Position numbers and translations under genes: made by a program | DNA from: a virus | Lineage: Duplodnaviria > Caudoviricetes | Strand: one strand, 5' to 3' | DNA length: 24,742 nt | Virus record (IMG/VR): IMGVR_UViG_3300027744_000115 | Coordinates: 1 to 24,742 of that record | In this document: piece by piece, positions 7,692 through 15,562 of the stretch | How the letters are laid out: every line of letters starts with the position of its first letter | Numbering within the stretch: position 1 is the first letter of the stretch | Notes under the pieces: model-generated | Databases searched by the model: none | Told to the model about the DNA's origin: nothing | Seen by the model: only the letters and a program-made list of their open reading frames with translations

Positions 7692-8302
7692 AAATACGCC
7701 CCTGGCTTTCTAAAACTCAATTCTTAGCAAAAATACGCCACATTGAGGAGGATTGGCTTACACCAGTCGAGTATCTTCCTTATATTGACGCGGTCATAGG
7801 GGACATTGATTTAGATCCGTGTTCCACGCACCACGCAAATAATGAATTCCTAAAAGCAAAACAAATTTATACCCTTAAAGAAGATGGTTTAAATATCGAT
7901 ATCCCTTGGACAGGAACCACGTATTTGTTTCCTCCTACTTACGGAAGATGTTCTCATAATAAAGAGCGTGGCACCATCAGATGGTCACTTAGTAGAGGCA
8001 AGTGGTCGCCATCGCACGCTTGGTTTAACCGACTAGAGCGTGAATGGAAGTTACGCAACGTACCAGAGGCACTATTTTTTACAACAAATCCTGAATTAAT
8101 GCGTACTAATCAAAATATTTGGAACTATCCAATTTGCATTCCCCAAAAACGTTGTAATCTGGTACATGGCAAGTACATGGCAGTAACGCTCCCAGGGCAT
8201 AGCTGGGGTTACTTTATCTACTTACCTAAAATGGAGTACGGATTTAGCCAGGTTGATAAATTTGTTGATGTATTCTCAAACCTTGGCAAAGTAATCTACT
8301 GA
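7688..8302 (+). CDS. Phage N6-adenine DNA methyltransferase-like protein with atypical motif IV
   Basis: DWLTP, IDLDPCS, EDGL, W.G motifs of the phage Dam-like family; the expected NPPY reads FPPTY. Confidence 0.75.
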   Translation: MKIRPWLSKTQFLAKIRHIEEDWLTPVEYLPYIDAVIGDIDLDPCSTHHANNEFLKAKQIYTLKEDGLNIDIPWTGTTYLFPPTYGRCSHNKERGTIRWSLSRGKWSPSHAWFNRLEREWKLRNVPEALFFTTNPELMRTNQNIWNYPICIPQKRCNLVHGKYMAVTLPGHSWGYFIYLPKMEYGFSQVDKFVDVFSNLGKVIY

Positions 8303-8562
8303 TTGACGTTTTCAAGGCGACGTTGCGTTGGACTGCGCGGCGCCCCAAACGCGTTCTTAAATCTGTAAGTGGCGTCACCAGGTCCTGAAGCAATGAAGTG
8401 GCCGTCCTCTTTGCTGTCTTGCGTAAACGTAGAGCGCTGCTGTATCCTGCGTTCGGCAAGAGATTTTGCTAACGCACGTTTTCCCGATTGGTCATCTACA
8501 GCACCTTTCATGCCCTGGCGACGATTATCAACGTCGTAATTCGTGCTAGCCTTTGGTTCCAT
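8296..8562 (-). CDS. Hypothetical basic protein
   Basis: 88-aa ORF convergent with the methyltransferase gene. Confidence 0.6.
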   Translation of the reverse strand: MEPKASTNYDVDNRRQGMKGAVDDQSGKRALAKSLAERRIQQRSTFTQDSKEDGHFIASGPGDATYRFKNAFGAPRSPTQRRLENVNQ

Positions 8563-8588
8563 AACATCATTCTGCCAGGGATAAACCC

Positions 8589-8873
8589 ATGAGTTTTACT
8601 AAGACTCAATTAAATATTGCCCAGGTGTGTGAGGAAATTAAAACATTGCTCTTAGAAAAAAATGCCAAGTACGGTGACTCAGCGTTAAATCCTGCGCGCA
8701 TTTTTAGCAAAGCAAGCACGGTAGAGCAGCTTCTTGTGCGTATTGACGACAAACTAAACCGCATTCAAAAAGGAGCCGGTTTACTCGCCAATGATGAAGA
8801 CGTTGTTCAAGACTTGATTGGATATTTGGTACTGCTTAAAATTGCATTAGCGCAATCTGCAGATCAAAGTTAA
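8589..8873 (+). CDS. DUF1599 / nucleotide modification associated domain 1 (Nmad1)-like protein
   Basis: LLEKNAKYGDS...LLVRIDDKLNRI...EDVVQDLIGYLVL signature. Confidence 0.75.
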   Translation: MSFTKTQLNIAQVCEEIKTLLLEKNAKYGDSALNPARIFSKASTVEQLLVRIDDKLNRIQKGAGLLANDEDVVQDLIGYLVLLKIALAQSADQS

Positions 8874-9073
8874 TGGACGCCGATGAGATCTTACGCAATT
8901 ACTCTCCTGAACTGCAGTTAATAGATATGTTGGATTGGTTGCAAAACACTAGAGGTTTCGAGGCGAACCCAATCCCCCCTGCTCTTGATTCCAGTATCTC
9001 CAAAACCGCCGCAGAGTTTCTTCGGACGGATCCCACTCCAGGAGTTTCCGCTCAAGATATTCTATTGCTTTGA
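8873..9073 (+). CDS. Small hypothetical protein
   Basis: TAATG coupling to the upstream gene; the 3' 125 bp overlap the lysozyme-like gene on the opposite strand. Confidence 0.45.
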   Translation: MDADEILRNYSPELQLIDMLDWLQNTRGFEANPIPPALDSSISKTAAEFLRTDPTPGVSAQDILLL

Positions 9074-9695
9074 TTTGGTTTGGTGTCCCCATGTAACTTT
9101 CGCCAAGGTTAAGAAGGCATTGCTTCAGCGGACACTTATGCTCAGTAAAAAGAGGAACTTCAGCGTCTGGCGCCAGGTAGAGATTTAGCTCAACCCTGCG
9201 GCGCCTTTTTAACAAGGAATTGACGTATCTATATTCAGGATTTATAAACGGACTCCACTCTTTTATGATTGCATTCTTTGTCGCACGCTCATTAATAAGC
9301 TTCAATAAGTTAGATTGCTTAAACGCAATCAAGCCGACGCTGTGCGCATAACCAACAATTGCCGCACGTTTTTTAACGTTGAGCGGCATGTAAACATAAC
9401 TAGAAAAATCAACGCAGAAATCTTCTAGGTCTCTAACTAACTGAGCATCAACTTCTTTTTGTGTTGTTTTAAAATGTGGTCCAGCCCACACCTTGCCGAT
9501 GCGCTTGCTGCCATAGCCAATGCGCCACTCACCGTGCTCAGTTTTATAGCTAGCAAAACGGCCAAGACCGATTTCAGTCCTGGCCACAGTGTACGTTTTG
9601 ATTAAGCGGACAGCAAGGTCGCTAAGGAAAGGGCTGACGTATTGATCAGGGAATAACGACGCTGCCGGTGTATGAGGCTTCACTGTAACTATCAA
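8949..9695 (-). CDS. GH24 phage lysozyme-fold protein with degenerate catalytic motif and C-terminal extension
   Basis: LIK...Y....G.W.IGYG, LN....AAIV.YAHSVG..AF..S.LLKLIN, LKRRRRVE..LY; start uncertain. Confidence 0.75.
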   Translation of the reverse strand: MIVTVKPHTPAASLFPDQYVSPFLSDLAVRLIKTYTVARTEIGLGRFASYKTEHGEWRIGYGSKRIGKVWAGPHFKTTQKEVDAQLVRDLEDFCVDFSSYVYMPLNVKKRAAIVGYAHSVGLIAFKQSNLLKLINERATKNAIIKEWSPFINPEYRYVNSLLKRRRRVELNLYLAPDAEVPLFTEHKCPLKQCLLNLGESYMGTPNQIKAIEYLERKLLEWDPSEETLRRFWRYWNQEQGGLGSPRNL

Positions 9696-10032
9696 ACGAC
9701 ATCAAGACAATATAGTCCTTTGTTGCGTCAGTAACGGTCACAGCCACAACGCCTTTTTCTTTGCCAGCCTTGGCGATATTAAAATATTTGAAGTATCCAG
9801 TGGGGGCAGAGCCTGCCGAATAGGAATCTTCTCTAAAAATTTCAATGTCGTTCAGAGCAGAGCTTTTGTCAATTTTGACAATAATGTCTCCAGTGGCTGC
9901 AGGATTTACGCGGAAACCTCTGGTTAAGTCGCCAACATTACCCGCAGCAGTGGGGCCAACGTAGGTGATCTCAGAACCGGCACTGACTTGCAGTCTGTCC
10001 AGGGTGCCTTTAATTGTGCGAGTGACGGCCAT
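9646..10032 (-). CDS. Hypothetical beta-rich protein, likely virion structural
   Basis: 128 aa, Thr/Val/Gly-rich. Confidence 0.65.
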   Translation of the reverse strand: MAVTRTIKGTLDRLQVSAGSEITYVGPTAAGNVGDLTRGFRVNPAATGDIIVKIDKSSALNDIEIFREDSYSAGSAPTGYFKYFNIAKAGKEKGVVAVTVTDATKDYIVLMSFDSYSEASYTGSVVIP

Positions 10033-10037
10033 TGCTA

Positions 10038-10259
10038 TTAAGAGAGTTGGTTTTCGGTGAGATAGTTGAAGGTGATGTCAGCGTCAATACCATGTTCCTT
10101 GAGAACCATAAAGAACATTTGACGATCCATCATTTTTTGATGGAGCATGTCAATGAACGCTTCTTCTAGTTCGTCTCGGTCCAGGTTTTTAATCGCAAAA
10201 GCCGCTGCATGCACAGCAAACTCCTGATCGACAGATAAACTCAGGGCATCGGCGTCCAT
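10038..10259 (-). CDS. nblA: Phycobilisome degradation protein NblA-like
   Basis: LSVDQEF...IKNLDRDELEEAFIDMLHQKMMDRQMFFMVLK matches the NblA pattern L(S/T)xEQxF...Q-x-M; ATG 10259 preferred over TTG 10271. Confidence 0.7.
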   Translation of the reverse strand: MDADALSLSVDQEFAVHAAAFAIKNLDRDELEEAFIDMLHQKMMDRQMFFMVLKEHGIDADITFNYLTENQLS

Positions 10260-10280
10260 CAAAAGGCCCAATCTATGACG

Positions 10281-10293
10281 TAATTCTAACAGC
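10281..10293 (-). promoter_or_regulatory. Putative extended -10 promoter element GCTGTTAGAATTA upstream of nblA
   Basis: Contains TGnTAGAAT; identical 13-mer at 15004-15016. Confidence 0.55.
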
Positions 10294-10309
10294 CGTGATT
10301 TAAAAGCGC

Positions 10310-10468
10310 CTAAACTTTGTAAGAAAGCGGACTCAACGGCACGTAACGACGATCATCAGCAATTGACGGGGGGTCTTCAAGATTTTTAAAATACCCTTGA
10401 GCTGACTGTGGTAATCGTTCCGCAGTGTACTGGTGAAGATGGTTTTTTGCGGAGGAATCGATTGCCAT
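10310..10468 (-). CDS. Small hypothetical protein (52 aa), absent from the ORF track
   Basis: Hand translation MAIDSSAKNHLHQYTAERLPQSAQGYFKNLEDPPSIADDRRYVPLSPLSYKV fills an otherwise empty gap. Confidence 0.5.
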   Translation of the reverse strand: MAIDSSAKNHLHQYTAERLPQSAQGYFKNLEDPPSIADDRRYVPLSPLSYKV

Positions 10469-10556
10469 GTTGCGCCCTATCAGGTTTCAAGAAGTAGTTA
10501 CCAAGACCATAACTTGTAAAAAAAGTACACGCAAAAATCAATGCTGCTGCTTCCAC
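10386..10556 (-). CDS. Possible small membrane protein (56 aa, GTG start)
   Basis: MEAAALIFACTFFTSYGLGNYFLK... hydrophobic N-terminus; overlaps 10310..10468 by 83 bp. Confidence 0.3.
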   Translation of the reverse strand: MEAAALIFACTFFTSYGLGNYFLKPDRAQHGNRFLRKKPSSPVHCGTITTVSSRVF

Positions 10557-10608
10557 TTGCCATAGGCGCTTTTATCCACTATATTTTATCTAACCTGCAT
10601 TTTTAAAG

Positions 10609-11403
10609 TTGGAACAAAACGCGCTGGCATATGAAATAATGAAAGCCGCCGTCAGCGGGGTCAGTAAGACACAGATTATCAAATACATAAAAGAAACTTA
10701 TGATCAATCAGATGAACAAATAAAACAACTTCTGCGCCTCTGTAATTTCAAAAGTAAACCAAAAACAATCAACTACAAAGCATTTGCTGCTCGTTCATTT
10801 ACCGGTGGGGCCAGGCGACTTCACTTTCCCTTTACACAACTTTACATAGCAGATGACTTTCTAACAGCCGATGAATGCCAAGAATTAATTAAAGCTTCTG
10901 CTACTATTCTGCGCCCCTCAACAGTTGCAGATCCTGGTGACACAAAAGCAGTGACAAAATATCGCACCAGTAAAACAGCAGACTTGCATTACTTTAATTC
11001 TCTTTTTTTAAATTACGTTGATAATAAAATTGCAGATTTTATGGGGCTTAACCCTTTCCTTGGGGAGACCCTGCAAGCGCAAAAGTATGCTCCAGGGCAA
11101 TACTATAAAAAACACACCGATTACTTTTGTCCGTTAGCAAAAGAATTTAAAACCTACACTGAGTGGATGGGACAACGCACGTGGACGACAATGGTTTATC
11201 TTAATGACGTTGAAGAAGGCGGTGAAACTTATTTTAAACATTTGAAATTAAAAATTAAACCAACCGCTGGCAAAGCCGTTATTTGGAACAATCTTTACGC
11301 CAGTGGAATCCCCAATCCAAAGACACTTCATGAAGCGCTGCCTCCTATTAGTGGTGATAAATATGTGGTCACCAAGTGGTGGCGCAGTTGGCCGTTAATT
11401 TAG
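10609..11403 (+). CDS. 2OG-Fe(II) oxygenase, prolyl 4-hydroxylase type
   Basis: RTS, Q..KY..GQYYKKHTD (HxD), RTWT.MVYLNDVEEGGET.F, LHEALP (distal His), KYVVTKW. Confidence 0.92.
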   Translation: MEQNALAYEIMKAAVSGVSKTQIIKYIKETYDQSDEQIKQLLRLCNFKSKPKTINYKAFAARSFTGGARRLHFPFTQLYIADDFLTADECQELIKASATILRPSTVADPGDTKAVTKYRTSKTADLHYFNSLFLNYVDNKIADFMGLNPFLGETLQAQKYAPGQYYKKHTDYFCPLAKEFKTYTEWMGQRTWTTMVYLNDVEEGGETYFKHLKLKIKPTAGKAVIWNNLYASGIPNPKTLHEALPPISGDKYVVTKWWRSWPLI

Positions 11404-11744
11404 TTAGCGGAGATAGAAAAGGTTACTTTGGCTGTAGTTCCCCCAGTTTCTTGCAGAAAGTTTGCACGTACCTGATTTACAGGATTGCCAGTGACGTTGT
11501 AAATGTATGTACCATTTTCAGTAATAGTGTTTGAAAGCATTGGTCCAAAATTTACCCTATCAACACTACCATCCAGGCGAACAACAACTGACGTATTAAT
11601 ACCACTGACAGTAACAGATAAAGTGTAGTTCCTGGTAGACAGATAATTGATGACGTAAACATCGTACACTTCAGTGACTCCAGGGGCTGTCAGGGCAGTT
11701 GGATGAAAGAAAAGCGTTTGTTGGTAGCCTTCAAAAGAGCTCAT
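11400..11744 (-). CDS. Small beta-sandwich virion protein (putative)
   Basis: 114 aa; tandem paralog of 11731..11979. Confidence 0.7.
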   Translation of the reverse strand: MSSFEGYQQTLFFHPTALTAPGVTEVYDVYVINYLSTRNYTLSVTVSGINTSVVVRLDGSVDRVNFGPMLSNTITENGTYIYNVTGNPVNQVRANFLQETGGTTAKVTFSISAN

Positions 11745-11979
11745 AAAAATTTCTCATGACCCTGAATAGATCCTGATAACCTAGCACAAAAGTAACTTTT
11801 GCTCGTTGTTCTGTTATCCAGTCATTAGTATCGATATTTGCAACGGTCACCATCAAGGTGTAGTTCCGAGTTGAGAGGTAGTTTGGCGTATAAACGTCAT
11901 ACGCTTCGGTAACGCCAGGTGCCGAAAGAGTTGGCGGTGCAAAAAATACTGTTTGCTGGTAACTCTCGAAATAACTCAT
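11731..11979 (-). CDS. Shortened paralog of the adjacent 114-aa protein (possible internal deletion or pseudogene)
   Basis: First ~51 aa closely match (YQQT.FF.P..L.APGVTE.YDVY..NYLSTRNYTL.VTV..I.T), then the sequence jumps to AKVTF. Confidence 0.6.
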   Translation of the reverse strand: MSYFESYQQTVFFAPPTLSAPGVTEAYDVYTPNYLSTRNYTLMVTVANIDTNDWITEQRAKVTFVLGYQDLFRVMRNFYELF

Positions 11980-11987
11980 GGCTTAAA

Positions 11988-12009
11988 TGGGGAGCTACAC
12001 GGCCCCCCA
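11988..12009 (-). terminator. GC-rich hairpin (possible weak terminator or translational control element)
   Basis: Minus strand TGGGGGGC-CGTGTA-GCTCCCCA followed by TTT, between the 978-aa gene stop and ATG 11979. Confidence 0.35.
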
Positions 12010-12035
12010 CAGCATGACACGTATTCTGTATTGTA

Positions 12036-14972
12036 TTAAGCCTGTGCTTCAGTCCAAGAAATACGAGCAGCAATACTAGAAGTAGCTGCTGTAAGACTTG
12101 TTACTTTAACTGTAACCACGTCGGGGCCGTCGGGGTACAGGTTAACTGTGCTCGTCGGAACTGCTGTAGTTGTACCGCCGCCAAGGATGCTGTTACCTAG
12201 ATCACGCACCAAGGTCAAATCTTGTTGCACAACACTCGGTGTGTACACGAAGAAGGACAAGATACTTTCACCACCTGTGATTGTAGTGGCGCCAGTAGCA
12301 GAGTGTGTTGCAATTTGGGCAAGACTGGAGCCACCCGCAGCAGTAAATGCCCCCGCACCGGTTCCGCCTAACCTGCCATTAAGAATTAACTCCACCCTAA
12401 AGATAACTGCAGAACCTGTAGCAACTACGTCCATCTGACGTAAAGTAAGCTGCATGCGATTAATAAGATCACGTGCACCAAGAAGTCCAGTAATACCAGA
12501 GTCGACGGTTGGCGCCAAACGGATACTTAGTAGCGCAACGTTAGCAGCACTGGCTGCAAGAGCGGCTGGGGCTCCCAAACCTGCTTGGAAAATGAAAGAC
12601 TTATCGTCGTCGTAGCGACCGTCCATAATCACCGCAGATCCCCAGTGAGACACGGTCGCCGTAGCTTGCGCTGGAAACGCCGTAACTTGAATTGGAGCTG
12701 TAGCACTATAGGTAAACGTTTGTGCGGTAGCGTTACCACCGCCTCCGCTTAAGTTTCCAGAGCCACTGATGTTAACAACAGCCCTAGTTAAACCAGTAAA
12801 AGTTGTTGAAGTTTTGCTGTTATAGCGAATGTATTCAATTGCTGCTCCAGTATTACCCGAAGCAGTGACAATAAGAACACCTGATTGCGGGAAATTTGCA
12901 GTACTTGCAACAGTTAACGTGTCGACCTGTGTATTAGCCAAAGTTGCAGCCAAAGTTGTCATTATTGACAGCGTATTTGATTCATATCGTGAACAAATAT
13001 TGCCTGAACGCATGTAAGCTTCCGTATTCCGGTTGCTATTAACAATGCGGTGGCAATAAATAACTTCACCTTTTTGATCTTTGAATCCAAATCGAATTGC
13101 GCCAGCACCGTACCAAGAGTAGTCGATGTAGAACATCTGCATCTTGGTAAGATCTAGATTAAATCTGGTAGAACCAAAGCCGTCACAACGATCAATGTTC
13201 CACTGGGACTGCGGAATTTTTTCTTCAATACGCTTACTAACAATACAGTTTGAAACGTTGGTAGTTGAACGGTATTCTGGGTAAATAATTAAAGCAGTAT
13301 CACTTGTAATTGTTTGCACAACATAAGACATACCGCGAATTACGATATAATCGCCAGGATTTAATTGTTTTGAAAATAAAGTACTTGTACCAGTTACAGA
13401 AGAACTCCCTGCGTTTACTGCAATTCTGCCTGAAATTTGCGTAGTAGAACTGCGCTTAACTGCATATAAAACCTGACCATCAAACTCAAAGAAAAACCCA
13501 TTTTGTTCGTCAAACAACCCAGTGCGATTTCTAGATCCGTACCAGCTAGCGGGGTTTACGGTAAGAGGAAAACCTGTAGCAGGTGTAGCGCTTGGGGTAG
13601 CTGCGGCAGTATAAGTAAAACTTAAATCGGTAGGTACAGTCTGGACCAAAAATGTTCCGTTATACGCTGTTTCGTTACAGCCTGAAACAACAACAAAAGG
13701 GCCGCCAGGTTGTGGGTATAGCGTAGAAGTTGTACCAGCAGACGCTGTGATTGAGCCAGTGGGGGCGTTAATGACGTCAAACTGGAACGATGTAGCGTTT
13801 ACAACATTTTTAATTACCCAAGTACCGTTGGGAGGATTAGTTGTTGCGGTGGTTCCAGTAACAAAAATGGTGTCGCCAACGATAAAACCGTGGTTAGCAG
13901 TTGTAGTGCAAGTTACGGTTAAACCGCTGTTGAATGAGCTGTTATTTATAAAAGCAGCACCAGCAGAAGCACTAACAGCAATACCAGTACTCGCAGCAAA
14001 GTTACCGTTAAAGTTGTGAGGATTCTTTAAGTTAACGGTAACCGTAGTACCTGAAGATGTAATGCTATCAACGTTAAGTGCTGGCTTCAAGCAAGTACCC
14101 GTACTGAACTGGATACCTTTACCTGACTGATAACGAAAATAACGGCGAGTCTGACGAATTAATTGATTACCAGAGTAAGGGTAACCAACTGAGAATGCAA
14201 CACCTCCATCGAAAGAACGGTGAATAATGCTGCCGTATGGGCGAGGATAAAGGTTTGTAGTGCCCGCAGTATTAGCAATTGCGATTGTCGGGGCAGTAAT
14301 AACAACAAAAGTAAAAGTATTAGAGGTAGGCGTTGTTTGTACAACCCATGATCCATTAGGTGCAGGAGTACCGCCAGTAGTACCAGTTACGTAAACAGCA
14401 TCTCCAGCTGTTAAACCATGCGCGTTTGTAGTAGTACAAGTAATAGTGGTACCGCTAAACGTAAACGCTGTTGTTCCTGTTAAGGGAATACCTGATCCCG
14501 TATAAAAGTTACCACTAAAAACATAAGTTTTAGTGACATCGTAAATAGAACCAGCGGAAATTGTATTAATTGCTACATAAGTAAAATTCACACCAGCGCT
14601 GGCAGTGTCTACCAAGAACCAACCATTGGCCAAGGGATTGGTTGTGTCCTGGATAAAAACAGGAGTACCAACTGCTGGAGGAGTTGTCGTGGTGACAGTA
14701 ACAACACGGGTACCAACACCAGCAACTGCTGTAACAACTAGTGGGAGTGTAACGTCATAAAAAGCACTGGGCCTGTTGTTAAGCAGGTTTAGTGTTTCCC
14801 ATTTAGTGGATTGAGTACTGTATTCAAAGTCAGTATCAATCAGCGCCTGCGGATTGGAAACACGCAGCTTGCCAACAGGATCCTGTAGTGTTTCGCTAGG
14901 AGCGATGGAAACAGGATTGTAAAAACGATCTGTCCCGTCCGGGAACATGTGTTGGAACGAAGTTGCAGGCAC
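12036..14972 (-). CDS. Large virion structural protein with repeated small beta-barrel (E1 FCCH-like, T...HG...GD.V...G) domains
   Basis: 978 aa, Thr-rich; GKLRVSNPQALIDTDFEY N-terminus, RQTRRYFRYQSGKG, IDYSWYGAG.IRFG; internal repeats. Confidence 0.8.
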   Translation of the reverse strand: MPATSFQHMFPDGTDRFYNPVSIAPSETLQDPVGKLRVSNPQALIDTDFEYSTQSTKWETLNLLNNRPSAFYDVTLPLVVTAVAGVGTRVVTVTTTTPPAVGTPVFIQDTTNPLANGWFLVDTASAGVNFTYVAINTISAGSIYDVTKTYVFSGNFYTGSGIPLTGTTAFTFSGTTITCTTTNAHGLTAGDAVYVTGTTGGTPAPNGSWVVQTTPTSNTFTFVVITAPTIAIANTAGTTNLYPRPYGSIIHRSFDGGVAFSVGYPYSGNQLIRQTRRYFRYQSGKGIQFSTGTCLKPALNVDSITSSGTTVTVNLKNPHNFNGNFAASTGIAVSASAGAAFINNSSFNSGLTVTCTTTANHGFIVGDTIFVTGTTATTNPPNGTWVIKNVVNATSFQFDVINAPTGSITASAGTTSTLYPQPGGPFVVVSGCNETAYNGTFLVQTVPTDLSFTYTAAATPSATPATGFPLTVNPASWYGSRNRTGLFDEQNGFFFEFDGQVLYAVKRSSTTQISGRIAVNAGSSSVTGTSTLFSKQLNPGDYIVIRGMSYVVQTITSDTALIIYPEYRSTTNVSNCIVSKRIEEKIPQSQWNIDRCDGFGSTRFNLDLTKMQMFYIDYSWYGAGAIRFGFKDQKGEVIYCHRIVNSNRNTEAYMRSGNICSRYESNTLSIMTTLAATLANTQVDTLTVASTANFPQSGVLIVTASGNTGAAIEYIRYNSKTSTTFTGLTRAVVNISGSGNLSGGGGNATAQTFTYSATAPIQVTAFPAQATATVSHWGSAVIMDGRYDDDKSFIFQAGLGAPAALAASAANVALLSIRLAPTVDSGITGLLGARDLINRMQLTLRQMDVVATGSAVIFRVELILNGRLGGTGAGAFTAAGGSSLAQIATHSATGATTITGGESILSFFVYTPSVVQQDLTLVRDLGNSILGGGTTTAVPTSTVNLYPDGPDVVTVKVTSLTAATSSIAARISWTEAQA

Positions 14973-15003
14973 TGACTTTACCCTTAACGTTGGGAACTTT
15001 TTT

Positions 15004-15016
15004 TAATTCTAACAGC
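15004..15016 (-). promoter_or_regulatory. Putative extended -10 promoter element GCTGTTAGAATTA upstream of the 978-aa gene
   Basis: Identical to 10281-10293; lies ~31 nt upstream of the GTG start. Confidence 0.55.
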
Positions 15017-15038
15017 TATGACTAAGCTGCTAATGTGG

Positions 15039-15509
15039 TTACTTCTTAAAATCCAGGTTGGACTTGAGAAGCCATTGATTTTTCTTGTGAACACGACCAC
15101 GTTCGACGCCAAGGTCGAGGGTCAGTTGATCTCCGATCTGTTCTGACATTTTAGTCAACTCTTCAAACTTCTGAGCAAGAAGGTTGTGGTTAGTTGCCAG
15201 TTGGAGAATAATCCCTTCTTGGTTAAAACAGCTATCCAAGGGAACCTCAGGCATTGTTGAGTAAATCAAATCCTCAACTGTCTTAGGTGTTGCAATATCA
15301 AGAGAACGAATATGTTCAGCAATTGTGTCATTGCCGTCCTCTAGCTCCTGGTAGATGCGTTCTGTTAAGAGGTGAATTTGATAAAACTTACCTCCCATCA
15401 AGTTCCAATGAACGAGTTGAGTCTGGTGATAAACGTAAACTGAGTCACGAAAGCACTGCGTTAAATGGCAGTAGCAAGTAGTTGACTTGTCGGTTGTAGA
15501 TTTTGCCAC
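15039..15509 (-). CDS. dps: Dps family ferritin-like DNA protection protein
   Basis: HWNLMGGKFYQIH...Y.......DTIAEHIRSL ferroxidase signature; C-terminal HKKNQWLLKS; TATAAT upstream. Confidence 0.9.
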   Translation of the reverse strand: MAKSTTDKSTTCYCHLTQCFRDSVYVYHQTQLVHWNLMGGKFYQIHLLTERIYQELEDGNDTIAEHIRSLDIATPKTVEDLIYSTMPEVPLDSCFNQEGIILQLATNHNLLAQKFEELTKMSEQIGDQLTLDLGVERGRVHKKNQWLLKSNLDFKK

Positions 15510-15562
15510 TAGATTACCAAGCCGTGGTAGGCCACTTTAAACTCATTATACGCGAAGCTGGC

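Noticed and set aside
12148-14356. Short antisense or alternative-frame ORFs within the 978-aa gene (and similar ones within 133..2799 and 17022..24256)
   Set aside because: Shadow ORFs expected from biased Thr/Gly/Ala codon usage; no motifs or independent signals
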